64,000 nt of DNA from Minisyncoccota bacterium (GCA_040905385.1 JBBDRP010000002.1:459526-523525); one strand, 5' to 3'. Positions 47,238-57,419 are shown, counted from the first letter of the stretch. Numbers and translations: made by a program. The notes: generated by a model from the sequence alone, not told the origin.

Positions 47238-49496
47238 ATGAAATTAGCTATTGTAGAGTCGCCATCAAAGGCCAAGACAATTAAAAAGTATCTCGGAGAC
47301 GACTACGAGGTCGAGGCGTCCGTCGGTCACGTGCGTGATTTACCGAAGTCTGCCAAGAACGCGATTGATATCGAGGCCGGCTTTGTTCCTAACTACGAAA
47401 TCCCGGAAAAGAAGAAGAAGGTTGTCGAGAAACTCAAAAAGATGTATAAGAAGGCCGATGAAGTCATCCTTGCCACTGACCCCGATCGTGAGGGTGAGGC
47501 CATCGCCTGGCATGTTGGTGAGGTGCTTGGGCTTGATTACGACTCGCCTAACGTAAAGCGCATTACCTTCAACGAGATTACAAAAGAGGCCGTCCAGGAG
47601 GCGCTTAAAAACGCCCGCAAGATCGACACCGACCTACGGCATGCTCAGGAGGCCCGCCGGGTACTGGACCGCATCTTCGGCTACGACCTATCTGAGCTGA
47701 TCTGGAAGAAGGTTCGTTACGGACTGTCGGCTGGTCGGGTACAGTCCCCTGCCCTGCGGATTATTATGGAGCGCGAGCGAGAAATTCGTGCCTTTGATCC
47801 GGAGGACTACTGGGTTATCTCGGCTGACCTACTTGCAAACAAAGATGATCTGACGGTCGTGTGCGTGGATGAACCCCGTGATGAAGACCGGGTAAAGGAG
47901 ATTCTAAAGGCCGGAAAAGCCCATAATTGGATCGTGGCTGATGTAGAGGAAAGCAACCGCAAGCGTAATCCTCGACCACCCTTCAAGACCTCTACCCTAC
48001 AGCGAGCCGGCTCGACCCGACTTAACTTCTCGCCATCCCGAACCATGCGGGCCGCACAGATTCTTTACGAAAAGGGTCACATTACGTACATGCGAACCGA
48101 CTCGACTACGCTGAGCTCCAACGCACAGAAACAGATTGTCGCCTTCCTTTCAGACAAGTACGACAAAAAGTACCAAAATCCACAGCAGTACAAGACAAAG
48201 GATAAGTCGGCTCAGGAGGCGCATGAGGCCATTCGTCCAACCACCATTGCCAAGCAGACGGTTGGTGGTGACAAGGATGCCAAAGAGCTATATGACCTTA
48301 TTTGGAAGCGGGCAGTTGCCAGTCAGATGGCTCCGGCAAAGCTCAAGCGCACAAAGATCGTGGCCCACATCCTGGACAATGGTGACAAAACTACACTACC
48401 GGCATTCACCGTTACCGGCACACGCACCATCTTTGACGGATGGTTTGCGGTTCATCCTGGGGCGCGTGGTGACGATGTAGAGCTCCCGGATGTTTCCAAG
48501 GGTGATGAACTAGAGCTAAAGGACATCACTTCCGAAGCCAAGGAAACCCAGCCGCCAAATCGCTACACAGAGGCCGGACTTATCAAAGAGCTTGAGGATC
48601 GTGGTATCGGCCGCCCGAGCACGTACGCGACAATTATTGATACGTTAGAGAATCGACGGTATATAAATAAAGAAGGACGAACGCTGTATCCAACCGATAC
48701 TGGTGATGTTGTTAGCTCCTTTCTAGAAGAGCACTTCGAGAAATATGTTAGCGACACCTTCACGGCCGAGCTTGAAGACAAGCTAGACCACATCGCCGCT
48801 GGTGAGGCCGAGTACAAGAAAATTCTCACTGACTTTTACGGCCCCTTTGAAAAGCAGCTGGAAAGCAAAAAAGATATAGATAAAATTACCACTCTTGGCC
48901 CGGCGCCAAATGGAGACAAATGCCCAGAATGCGAAAGTGATATGGTTATCAAGCTCGGTCGGGCCGGAAAATTCCTTTCCTGCTCTAAGTTCCCTGATTG
49001 TGAAGGTGCTCGCACCATGGACGGTGAATCACTGGCTGATACGCCGATTGGCATCCACCCTGATGAGGACAAGAACATTTACGTAAAGAGCGGTCCGTAT
49101 GGTCCGTACATTCAGCTCGGTGAGGATGATGAAAAAGGTAAAGGCAAGCCAAAGCGCGTCAGCATTCCGGACGACCAGGATCCAAAGGAGGTAGACATGG
49201 AGAAAGCGCTGAAGTACCTGGAGATTCCGCGTGATCTAGGAGAGCATCCAGAAACCGGTGAAAAGATTGTTGCCAGCATCGGTCCCTACGGCCCGTATGT
49301 TAAGCACGGAAAGAAGTTTCAGTCACTGAAAAAGTTCGAGCAGTACAACGTGTACGAAATCACCCTTGATGAGGCCGTAAAAGTCATCGCCGAAGGTAAG
49401 AAGAAGTCAAAGAAAAGCAAGAACCCTTCTTCGGGCAAGGGAAAGAAAGGAAGTAAAGGAAAGAATAGTAAGTCCAAGAAAGGTAAGAAAAATTAA
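47238..49496 (+). CDS. topA: DNA topoisomerase I
   Basis: MKLAIVESPSKAKTIKKYLG TOPRIM. Active-site Tyr region. Zn-ribbon CPECES. Lys-rich tail. Confidence 0.9.
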   Translation: MKLAIVESPSKAKTIKKYLGDDYEVEASVGHVRDLPKSAKNAIDIEAGFVPNYEIPEKKKKVVEKLKKMYKKADEVILATDPDREGEAIAWHVGEVLGLDYDSPNVKRITFNEITKEAVQEALKNARKIDTDLRHAQEARRVLDRIFGYDLSELIWKKVRYGLSAGRVQSPALRIIMEREREIRAFDPEDYWVISADLLANKDDLTVVCVDEPRDEDRVKEILKAGKAHNWIVADVEESNRKRNPRPPFKTSTLQRAGSTRLNFSPSRTMRAAQILYEKGHITYMRTDSTTLSSNAQKQIVAFLSDKYDKKYQNPQQYKTKDKSAQEAHEAIRPTTIAKQTVGGDKDAKELYDLIWKRAVASQMAPAKLKRTKIVAHILDNGDKTTLPAFTVTGTRTIFDGWFAVHPGARGDDVELPDVSKGDELELKDITSEAKETQPPNRYTEAGLIKELEDRGIGRPSTYATIIDTLENRRYINKEGRTLYPTDTGDVVSSFLEEHFEKYVSDTFTAELEDKLDHIAAGEAEYKKILTDFYGPFEKQLESKKDIDKITTLGPAPNGDKCPECESDMVIKLGRAGKFLSCSKFPDCEGARTMDGESLADTPIGIHPDEDKNIYVKSGPYGPYIQLGEDDEKGKGKPKRVSIPDDQDPKEVDMEKALKYLEIPRDLGEHPETGEKIVASIGPYGPYVKHGKKFQSLKKFEQYNVYEITLDEAVKVIAEGKKKSKKSKNPSSGKGKKGSKGKNSKSKKGKKN

Positions 49497-49542
49497 TTCC
49501 CACACTTTACCTAAACTCAAAAGCAACGTACACTTATATACT

Positions 49543-51069
49543 ATGAATAAGTCACTTGAAAATGTTGCTGATCCCAGCAGTATCATACGCCACATCTGGT
49601 CTCCCTCAGAGGAAGATACGAGACTTATCCGTAAAGCCTACGATATGGCGGTGGAGGCACACAATGATCAAGGTCGACACTCCGGCCGACCGTACGTTCA
49701 CCACGTGATTGAAACAGCTATTATTCTGGCCGATCTTGGCATGGACACAAAATCTATCGTCGCCGGCCTACTGCACGACACCATCGAGGACGGTCATCTG
49801 ACTGCCGGGGAAGTCGAGGATGCTTTTGATGAAGAGGTCTTATTTTTAGTACAAGGAGTCACCAAGCTTGGGCACGTTCGCTACCAAGGCCTCGAGCGAC
49901 ACACCGAAAGTCTACGCAAGCTTTTTGTGGCCACCTCTCAGGATGTTCGTGTTCTGATCATTAAGCTGGCTGACCGCCTGCACAACATGCGAACACTGCA
50001 GCATATCCCGGAACGTAAACAGGAACGCATCGCCACTGAAACACTAGAGGTATATGCCCCAATTGCTCAGCGACTCGGAATTGGTAAAATTTATAAAGAG
50101 CTCCAGGATCTAGCCTTTCCCTTTGTGGCTCCTGAGGAGTACGAAAAAGTTAAGAAGCTATCGGATGAAAAGTATGACCAGGCAGTAACTACAATTAAAC
50201 GCCTACGAAAGAAGCTGATTGTCGAGCTTGATAAGGATGAGCAGCTGAAGGACACAACAGTCGACTACCGACTCAAGCACCTGTACAGTCTGTATCAAAA
50301 ACTGAAACGAAAGGATATGGATATTGATCGCATCTACGACATTGTTGCTCTGCGCATCATTGTTAATAGCGCAGAGGAGTGCTATCGCGTTTTAGGTATC
50401 GTTCACGGCATCTGGCGACCACGCCCGGATCGAATGAAGGATTACATTGCCAGCCCGAAGCCAAACGGCTATCAGAGCCTACACACCACCATATTCACCG
50501 GTGATGGAAGTATGGCTGAAATTCAGATTCGTACAAGGAAGATGCATCACGAAGCCGAGTACGGTGTGGCTAGTCATGTGCGTTACAAAGACAAGGATGA
50601 GGATGGTAGTAAACTCAAGTGGTTTGAAAAGTTTATTTCTAATATTCGCTCTTCCGGCATCTCGGAAGATAGAGCCATTGATAATGTCCCGAACTGGATA
50701 AAGGAAATGGCCACAGAGCAGGAAGATACGACCGACCCAACCGAGTTCATGAAGAATCTACAAACAGACTTTTTCGAGGACCGTATTTTTGTATTTAGCC
50801 CAAAAGGTGACGTAATCGATCTCCCGGTTGGATCCGGACCGATCGATTTTGCGTATCATATACACTCTCAGCTTGGAGACCATATCTCAGGCGCCCGTAT
50901 CAACCAGAAATTCTCCTCACTTGATACCGAGCTGCACAGTGGTGATGTAGTAGAAATTATCACCGATAAATCAAACCATCCAAAGCGAAAGTGGCTGGAT
51001 TACACCCGAACCACCCTTGCCCAGGGTCGAATCAAACGAGCAATTCGCCAGCAAAACGAAGATAATTAG
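49543..51069 (+). CDS. bifunctional (p)ppGpp synthetase/hydrolase (RelA/SpoT), short form without ACT
   Basis: HD domain HHVIETA...LLHDTIEDG. Synthetase domain RIIVNSAEECYRVLGIVHG. TGS domain. Confidence 0.8.
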   Translation: MNKSLENVADPSSIIRHIWSPSEEDTRLIRKAYDMAVEAHNDQGRHSGRPYVHHVIETAIILADLGMDTKSIVAGLLHDTIEDGHLTAGEVEDAFDEEVLFLVQGVTKLGHVRYQGLERHTESLRKLFVATSQDVRVLIIKLADRLHNMRTLQHIPERKQERIATETLEVYAPIAQRLGIGKIYKELQDLAFPFVAPEEYEKVKKLSDEKYDQAVTTIKRLRKKLIVELDKDEQLKDTTVDYRLKHLYSLYQKLKRKDMDIDRIYDIVALRIIVNSAEECYRVLGIVHGIWRPRPDRMKDYIASPKPNGYQSLHTTIFTGDGSMAEIQIRTRKMHHEAEYGVASHVRYKDKDEDGSKLKWFEKFISNIRSSGISEDRAIDNVPNWIKEMATEQEDTTDPTEFMKNLQTDFFEDRIFVFSPKGDVIDLPVGSGPIDFAYHIHSQLGDHISGARINQKFSSLDTELHSGDVVEIITDKSNHPKRKWLDYTRTTLAQGRIKRAIRQQNEDN

Positions 51070-51074
51070 AGATC

Positions 51075-52502
51075 TTAGATCGAGAAGTTAGATACGGCAT
51101 AAATCTCCTCTTCATCCTCGTCGGCTTCAGAAGTTTCCTGCTCATCAAGATGAGTTTCTTTTTCTCTATTTTCGACATCTTCTTCATTTGCAGATGCTTC
51201 GGTTGTAATTTCTGATGTGTCGGTTTCCTGTTCGACTGAAGGTTCCTTAGTGTAGTCGCTTTGCTGCTCGCTCATGCTGTCTTCTGATGACTGGATTTCT
51301 TGTGGCTGCTCGGCGATTCTTTTATCCGATTGATTCTGTGTAGCATCGATGGTTCTTTTGTCTGTATTACTGCTAGCTGATTCGTTATTGTTATTTACCA
51401 TCTCAGATTCAGCCCCTTCAGAAACTGCATCGTTTGCGACTGTAGTGTGTGAGGTTGATTCTTCATTCACCTGCTCTGTCACATCATTATCACCGGTTTC
51501 TGCAGCGTGCTGCTGGCGAGCAGCGGCAATCATAGTTCCGAGTGTTTCGGCAATAGTTTTTCCTTCTGACTCACTCTCCATTATCTCTTCGGAGTTACTA
51601 CTTTCTCCAGTCTCCTCATCCTCATTCATATTTTCAACGTACTGCTCCATCATGTCGCCTACCTCCATATCACCTCCTGCCTGTACCAGCTTGATAATAT
51701 TTTCTAAATCCTCTTCGGAGAAGAAGTCAATCACCAGCTTACCGCCGACATCGCGCTCCTCAATCTTGACGCGAGTACCGAACGTATCCGACAACCGGTC
51801 CTCGAGCTGTTTGGTTTTTGGTGTAATTTTATTCTTCTTTTTTCGTACCTTGTCCTGTGCATCTCGACGAGCAATTGATTCGGCCTCGCGGACGGTGAGG
51901 CCTTTGTGTATCACCTCTTTAAAAAGAGTCTCCTGCTCCTGTGGTTTGTCTCGAAGCATCATGATCGGACGGGCGTGACCTTCGGTCATCTGGCCGTTAA
52001 TAACTGCCTGCTTTATATCCTCTGGAAGCTTGAGAAGTCGCATGCTGTTGGAGACATACTCGCGACTTTTTCCGATTTTTTTGGCTATTTCTTTATGTGT
52101 AAAATCAAACTCGTTAGCCAGTTGATCAAAGGCTTCGGCTCGCTCGATTGGGTTTAGATCCTCTCGCTGCAGGTTCTCAATAATTGCCAGCTCTAGCTTG
52201 ACCTGGGCATTTTCTTCACCACTGCGGATAATGACCGGAACTTGAGACAGGTTCGCCAACTGTGAGGCGCGGTGGCGGCGCTCACCAGCAATCAGCTCGT
52301 ACTCTACCTTTAGTCCCCCGTCCTCTTTGACATGCTCTTTACGGGTAACGGTAAGTGGCTGCAGAATTCCGTACTGGCGAATTGACTCGGCCAGATCACG
52401 AAGGCGTTCTTCGTTAAAGTCGCGTCGTGGTTGGTATGGATTGGGTTTGATTTTCTCTACCTCAACCCAAAAAATTGCGTCGTTTTGAAATTTAGATGAC
52501 AT
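51075..52502 (-). CDS. parB: ParB/Spo0J-like protein with long acidic low-complexity C-terminal tail
   Basis: KIKPNPYQPRRDF...ILQPLTVTR...LIAGERRHRAS. About 230-aa S/E/D-rich tail. Confidence 0.8.
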   Translation of the reverse strand: MSSKFQNDAIFWVEVEKIKPNPYQPRRDFNEERLRDLAESIRQYGILQPLTVTRKEHVKEDGGLKVEYELIAGERRHRASQLANLSQVPVIIRSGEENAQVKLELAIIENLQREDLNPIERAEAFDQLANEFDFTHKEIAKKIGKSREYVSNSMRLLKLPEDIKQAVINGQMTEGHARPIMMLRDKPQEQETLFKEVIHKGLTVREAESIARRDAQDKVRKKKNKITPKTKQLEDRLSDTFGTRVKIEERDVGGKLVIDFFSEEDLENIIKLVQAGGDMEVGDMMEQYVENMNEDEETGESSNSEEIMESESEGKTIAETLGTMIAAARQQHAAETGDNDVTEQVNEESTSHTTVANDAVSEGAESEMVNNNNESASSNTDKRTIDATQNQSDKRIAEQPQEIQSSEDSMSEQQSDYTKEPSVEQETDTSEITTEASANEEDVENREKETHLDEQETSEADEDEEEIYAVSNFSI

Positions 52503-52702
52503 TGTGGCTGTGGGTTACACCTCACTTGTTCCTCTGCATTTTAACACAAGGATGATTTCTTAATATGTTGATAAATATGCCCTGTTCGCGTAATCTAAAG
52601 ACGTTAGCTGGGATGGCGGCCCCGTACGGGATAACCTGGCTTCGCCAGAACCACATTACGGGGTAAAAACTGGTAGATTGCTTTAACAATATAATTAAAT
52701 AA

Positions 52703-52786
52703 GCCGGGATGATGGAATTGGTAGACATGCAGCACTCAAAATGCTGTGAGCTTACGCTCGTGAGAGTTCAAATCTCTCTCCCGGCA
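52703..52786 (+). tRNA. tRNA-Leu (anticodon CAA), class II
   Basis: GCCGGGA acceptor, AATTGGTAGA D-loop, anticodon stem CAGCA/TGCTG with loop CTCAAAA, long variable arm, GAGTTCAAATCTC T-arm. Confidence 0.8.
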
Positions 52787-52942
52787 CATCGGGACTAATG
52801 CAAATTTATTTGCATTAGTTGAGATTTGAAAGGCACAGTGATGTTTCTGTTTGAGCGTAGTGAAAGGCAGAAACCACGAGCCGGGGTCGAGAAAAATTTG
52901 CGTCAGAAAATTTATTCGTGACCAAATCTCTCTCCCGGCACA
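52787..52942 (+). mobile_element. non-coding insertion downstream of tRNA-Leu(CAA) ending in a 20-nt direct repeat of the tRNA 3' end, 2 nt before tRNA-Leu(CAG)
   Basis: caaatctctctcccggcaca occurs at 52769-52788 and 52923-52942. Core 52846-52922 is homologous to 33358-33442. Contains the palindrome ctaatgcaaat-tt-atttgcattag. Confidence 0.35.
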
Positions 52943-52944
52943 CT

Positions 52945-53028
52945 GGGCGAGTGGCGGAACTGGTAGACGCGCACGGTTCAGGGCCGTGTGAGCTCACGCT
53001 CATGGGAGTTCGACTCTCCCCTCGCCCA
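52945..53028 (+). tRNA. tRNA-Leu (anticodon CAG), class II
   Basis: GGGCGAG acceptor, anticodon stem CACGG/CCGTG with loop TTCAGGG, T-arm GGGAGTTCGACTCTCCC. Confidence 0.8.
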
Positions 53029-53049
53029 CAATAATGTAAGATCTTATAT

Positions 53050-54069
53050 TTAGGATACGTAATTTGGCTCGCGTTCCAAAACGATACCAAACATATCTTC
53101 CACTCTCTTCTTTATCTCTCCCTGAACAGACAGGAGCTCTGTCGTTGTACCTCCACCATCATGAATCAGCACCAAGGCATTGTCGGCTGAGGTGCGGAAA
53201 TTACCGAAGGACTTCCCTTTCAGACCTGCCTTCTCTATCAACCAGCCAGCCGGGATCTTGACCTGACCATCTTTGAGATCAAAGCGAACGAGGTCTGGAA
53301 ATTTATCTTCCAGCTCATCAGCCTGACTTCGATCGATGACGGGATTGGTAAAGAAGGACCCAGCATTGGGTGTCGTCTCTACATTCGGAAGACGGCTTGA
53401 TCGCACCGCGACAATTGCGTCTCTGATTTCTGTTAGATCAGGATTTTCAATACGATTCTTCTCAAGATACGCCTGCAGCGAACCGTAGTCAGGAGCTGAC
53501 GGAGATTGATCCACCTGAAGCCGAAGCTTAAGCTCGGTAATGAAAAATCGGGCAAACTGGCGCTTGAAAAGACTGTTTCGATAGGAAAAATCACAATCAC
53601 TAGGCGTAAATTCACGAAACTCACCATGCTCTTTATCCCAGGCCGTGAGTGAAACAAACGTATCGGCCAGCTGGGCTCCATAAGCACCAATATTCTGGAC
53701 CGGTGCGGCACCAACCGTGCCCGGGATACCCGAAAGCGCCTCGATACCGCTAAAACCACCGGCAACTGCTTGCTTTACCAACTCATCCCAGCTTTCACCA
53801 GCCGCTGCAGTTACGATAACCTCATCTCCGATCTCTTCAAAGGAGATACCACACAACTGATTTCTCACAACAAGTTTATCAATGACGCCATCGGCAAAAA
53901 TTGTATTGGAACCGCCGCCGAGCATAAACACCTCAACCTCACACTCCTTAGCAAATCTAAAGACATTGGAGACATCGGATGTCTCCGTAAGCGTAGCGAA
54001 GTATCGGGCCGATCCGCCAAGCTTGAGCGTGGTGTGTGGAGCCAGCGGAATGTTTTCCCTAATCTGCAT
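53050..54069 (-). CDS. murB: UDP-N-acetylenolpyruvoylglucosamine reductase
   Basis: PLAPHTTLKLGGSARYF...FMLGGGSN FAD-binding motif. Confidence 0.85.
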   Translation of the reverse strand: MQIRENIPLAPHTTLKLGGSARYFATLTETSDVSNVFRFAKECEVEVFMLGGGSNTIFADGVIDKLVVRNQLCGISFEEIGDEVIVTAAAGESWDELVKQAVAGGFSGIEALSGIPGTVGAAPVQNIGAYGAQLADTFVSLTAWDKEHGEFREFTPSDCDFSYRNSLFKRQFARFFITELKLRLQVDQSPSAPDYGSLQAYLEKNRIENPDLTEIRDAIVAVRSSRLPNVETTPNAGSFFTNPVIDRSQADELEDKFPDLVRFDLKDGQVKIPAGWLIEKAGLKGKSFGNFRTSADNALVLIHDGGGTTTELLSVQGEIKKRVEDMFGIVLEREPNYVS

Positions 54070-54129
54070 AAAATATTGATTTAATTATCAACAGTTACCC
54101 TTTGGGTAGTATATCAAATATGATATAAC

Positions 54130-55659
54130 GTGTGCATGAATACACAAACCGGACAGGAAAAAATCGGACAGTTTATTAAGGATCTTCGTCTGCGCAAGCA
54201 GCTAACGCAGACCGAGTTTGCCAAAGCACTTGAGACATCGCAAAGTGCCGTCGCCCGCATTGAAAGCGGTAACCAGAACTTGACCACTTCCCTGCTGGAG
54301 AAGATCAGTGATGCACTTAATCACAAGATCGTCTCGCTGTCGGACAACACGCTGGACTTTCGCATTACCGGCGGCAAGAAGCTTTCTGGAAGCATTCAGA
54401 CCAACACCTCCAAGAACGGCTCTGTTGCACTACTGTGTGCGTCGCTCCTGAATAAAGGCACCACTACACTGCACGGCATCGCCCGGATCGAAGAGGTTTA
54501 CCGGGTTATTGAGATCCTTCAGAGCATAGATATCGATGTAAAGTGGACGGATGATAATATCCTCAGAATTTCCCCACCCAAAGAGTTTGCTATGGATGAG
54601 CTGGATATCGAAGCTGCTCGCCGCGTGCGTTCATCGCTCATGATGATTGGCCCGCTCTCACACGCCCTAGATACTTTTAATCTTCCCCATGCTGGTGGGT
54701 GCAAGATGGGTGAGCGCACCATTGCTGCCCACAAGCACGTCTTCGAGTCGCTAGGACTCGCCATCAGTACCAATGAAGATGACTACGAGATAACCCACAC
54801 CCAGGAGGATCCAGTAGATGAAGTTATTATGTACGAGGCCAGCGATACCGCCACCATCAACGCCCTTCTGCGGGCTGCACGTCTCGAAAGAAAAACGAAG
54901 ATTAGCTTCTGCACCCCTAACTATCAAGTACAGGATATCTGCTTCTTTCTGGAGAAGCTGGGCGTAGAGATAGATGGTATTGGCACCTCTACTCTTATCG
55001 TTCATGGCGTGAGTGATATTGACACAGATGTGGTTCACGAGAATAGTGAGGATCCGATAGAGTCGATGATGTTTATCTCTGCTGCACTGGTTACTAACTC
55101 TGAACTAGAGATTACTCGCTGCCCAATCGACTTTCTGAAACTTGAGCTTCTTAAACTGGAAAAGATGGGCGCGGAGATTGAGCAATCCGATGAATACACC
55201 AGCACAAACGGACGTACAAAGCTGGTTGACCTGACCGTTCACCCATCTGAGCTGAAGGCATTGGACGTAAAGATTCACGCTCTGCCCTACCCCGGGATTA
55301 ATGCCGACAATCTGCCTTTCTTTGTACCGATTGCTACCCAGGCCGAAGGAACCACAAAAATTAACGACTGGATGTGGGAGAACCGAGCCATCTACTTCAC
55401 CGAGCTCAATCGCTTCGGAGCTGATATTGAGCTGGCTGATCCACACCGCGTCTACATCAATGGGCCAACCGAGTTTCGGGCCAGTCAGGTTGTCTGTCCG
55501 CCAGCGCTACGACCATCGGTCATTATTCTGATTGCAATGCTGGCGGCAGAAGGTACCTCTGTGCTGCGTAATGTTTACTCTATCCAGCGCGGCTACGAAA
55601 ACATCGCCGAGCGTCTGAATGATATCGGTGCTGATATTGAGATAATGCACAATATTTAA
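54130..55659 (+). CDS. murA: UDP-N-acetylglucosamine 1-carboxyvinyltransferase with N-terminal XRE-type HTH domain (fusion)
   Basis: aa 13-70: IGQFIKDLRLRKQLTQTEFAKALETSQSAVARIESGNQNLT (HTH_3). From aa about 78: FRITGGKKLSGSIQTNTSKNGSVALLCASLL. Catalytic Cys in PHAGGCKMGERTI. Confidence 0.8.
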   Translation: MCMNTQTGQEKIGQFIKDLRLRKQLTQTEFAKALETSQSAVARIESGNQNLTTSLLEKISDALNHKIVSLSDNTLDFRITGGKKLSGSIQTNTSKNGSVALLCASLLNKGTTTLHGIARIEEVYRVIEILQSIDIDVKWTDDNILRISPPKEFAMDELDIEAARRVRSSLMMIGPLSHALDTFNLPHAGGCKMGERTIAAHKHVFESLGLAISTNEDDYEITHTQEDPVDEVIMYEASDTATINALLRAARLERKTKISFCTPNYQVQDICFFLEKLGVEIDGIGTSTLIVHGVSDIDTDVVHENSEDPIESMMFISAALVTNSELEITRCPIDFLKLELLKLEKMGAEIEQSDEYTSTNGRTKLVDLTVHPSELKALDVKIHALPYPGINADNLPFFVPIATQAEGTTKINDWMWENRAIYFTELNRFGADIELADPHRVYINGPTEFRASQVVCPPALRPSVIILIAMLAAEGTSVLRNVYSIQRGYENIAERLNDIGADIEIMHNI

Positions 55660-55753
55660 AATCATCAAGTATCGACTTCTAACCATAATTTGACAAATAT
55701 GCATAAATAACTATAATATCGTAAGATAAAATCACAAAAAAATGAGGATATAA

Positions 55754-56173
55754 ATGTCAAAAAATCTTGTTCTTTTTGCAGGTGCAGTACTATTATCACT
55801 ATTGGCAGCTTGGGGTGCGTATGAATTTTACGACAGCTCGAACTACACGATCATTATTTCCGTGGCATTATTCTTTCTTGTGGGTATATGGAAATGCCTG
55901 CTGTCTTACTTTCCACGAAGGCGAGACATAAAGGAGACATGCACAGAAATAATGCAGCTTATAGTATATGCCAGCGTATTAATAATTATGCTACTTATAC
56001 TTATTACATGGCTTCAAGAAGACATGTACTCAACTGCGAGTGACTGGTTTCGAATTAAAGAAGCCATATCTCAAACCGGAATAAAACTAGTTCTCTTCCT
56101 CTTTGGCTGCGGTACTTCATTTGTAATTGGTTACTCAATTACCGCTAAAATAAGACGTAAACTATCTATTTAA
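55754..56173 (+). CDS. hypothetical membrane protein
   Basis: 139 aa with four hydrophobic segments. Confidence 0.5.
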   Translation: MSKNLVLFAGAVLLSLLAAWGAYEFYDSSNYTIIISVALFFLVGIWKCLLSYFPRRRDIKETCTEIMQLIVYASVLIIMLLILITWLQEDMYSTASDWFRIKEAISQTGIKLVLFLFGCGTSFVIGYSITAKIRRKLSI

Positions 56174-56184
56174 CCAACAGTGTA

Positions 56185-56217
56185 AAGCCATCACGTATAA
56201 TACACGTGATGGCTTTA
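56185..56217 (+). terminator. rho-independent terminator
   Basis: aagccatcacgt-ataat-acgtgatggctt followed by TTTAATTTT. Confidence 0.65.
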
Positions 56218-56236
56218 ATTTTACACAAAGCACTCC

Positions 56237-57133
56237 ATGAATAAACTACTTACAATCTGTGGCCCCACCGCTGTCGGAAAGAGTTCGCTAGCAGTTGATG
56301 TAGCTCAGGAATTCGACGGTGAGGTTATTTCCGCCGATAGTCGCCAGGTGTATCGAGATCTAGATATTGCTACCGGGAAAATTACCGCCGAAGAGATGCA
56401 GGGTGTTCCCCACCATCTACTTGATGTTGCTGATCCGCAGGAAGATTTTTCTGTAGCTGATTTTAAGGAGCTGGCTGATAAAGCCGTGTCTGAAATTCAT
56501 AGCCGTAGTAAACTACCGATACTATGCGGCGGAACTGGATTTTACATCCAGGCAATCGTTGATGACCTGGTGTTACCAGATGTAGAGCCAGATCGGACAT
56601 TGCGAGAGAGACTTTCAAAAAGAAGCACCGATGACCTTTTCTCCGAGTTACAGCAAAAGGATCCACGCCGAGCGGACGAAATTGATCCCGATAATCCACA
56701 CCGACTCATTCGTGCGCTGGAGATTGTTGCCGAAATAGGCGAAGTACCGAAGTTAGATAAAAAAGAGCGCTTCGACACCTTCCAGATAGGACTGGATCTA
56801 CCTGACCAAGAACTCAAACATCGTATTATAAGACGAACAAAAGAGCGATTTGAAAGCGGCATGATTCAAGAGGCTGAGGATTTATACAGAAATGGATTAT
56901 CACTAGAACGAATGCGCGAGCTTGGGCTTGAGTACGGACATTTGGCCGATTTTATTGACGGAAAGATAGATAAAGAGGCTGTATTTAAAAATATTGTTCA
57001 GAGTGACTGGCAGTACGCTCGCCGCCAGCGTACGTGGTTTTATAAAGATGATCGAATCAACTGGTTTAATCCGCTCGAAGAGCGTGGAGATATTGAAAAA
57101 AGAGTAGAGGCCTTTCTGGAGCTGAAAAAGTAA
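56237..57133 (+). CDS. miaA: tRNA dimethylallyltransferase
   Basis: LLTICGPTAVGKSSLAVDVA...ISADSRQVYRDLDIATGK. Confidence 0.85.
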   Translation: MNKLLTICGPTAVGKSSLAVDVAQEFDGEVISADSRQVYRDLDIATGKITAEEMQGVPHHLLDVADPQEDFSVADFKELADKAVSEIHSRSKLPILCGGTGFYIQAIVDDLVLPDVEPDRTLRERLSKRSTDDLFSELQQKDPRRADEIDPDNPHRLIRALEIVAEIGEVPKLDKKERFDTFQIGLDLPDQELKHRIIRRTKERFESGMIQEAEDLYRNGLSLERMRELGLEYGHLADFIDGKIDKEAVFKNIVQSDWQYARRQRTWFYKDDRINWFNPLEERGDIEKRVEAFLELKK

Positions 57134-57163
57134 GTACCTACTGTCTGTTAGCAGTAGGTACTA
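57134..57163. terminator. 11-bp stem hairpin between miaA and the convergent 81-aa gene
   Basis: agtacctactg-tctgttag-cagtaggtact. T-run on the minus strand. Confidence 0.5.
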
Positions 57164-57173
57164 GATATGCGTT

Positions 57174-57419
57174 TTAAGATTTAGGAAATATTTTTTTATA
57201 CTTCCCGTTAATATACTGGTAAGCATGTGCATGAACATCTTCTTCTCCTCTTTCTTTTTCATTAGCTATTTTTAAGGCTGACTGCTTGGACGAAATATTA
57301 CGAAGTATTGTGCGACGACCATCTTTACTACGAACAATACTAACGTAAAATTCACCATGCTGTGGATCTTTCTGCGTCGTCGTGCTGGTTTTTTTAAATA
57401 CTGCTTTTGACTTTACCAT
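57174..57419 (-). CDS. small basic hypothetical protein
   Basis: 81 aa. Strong GGAGGAG Shine-Dalgarno 6 nt upstream. Confidence 0.55.
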   Translation of the reverse strand: MVKSKAVFKKTSTTTQKDPQHGEFYVSIVRSKDGRRTILRNISSKQSALKIANEKERGEEDVHAHAYQYINGKYKKIFPKS

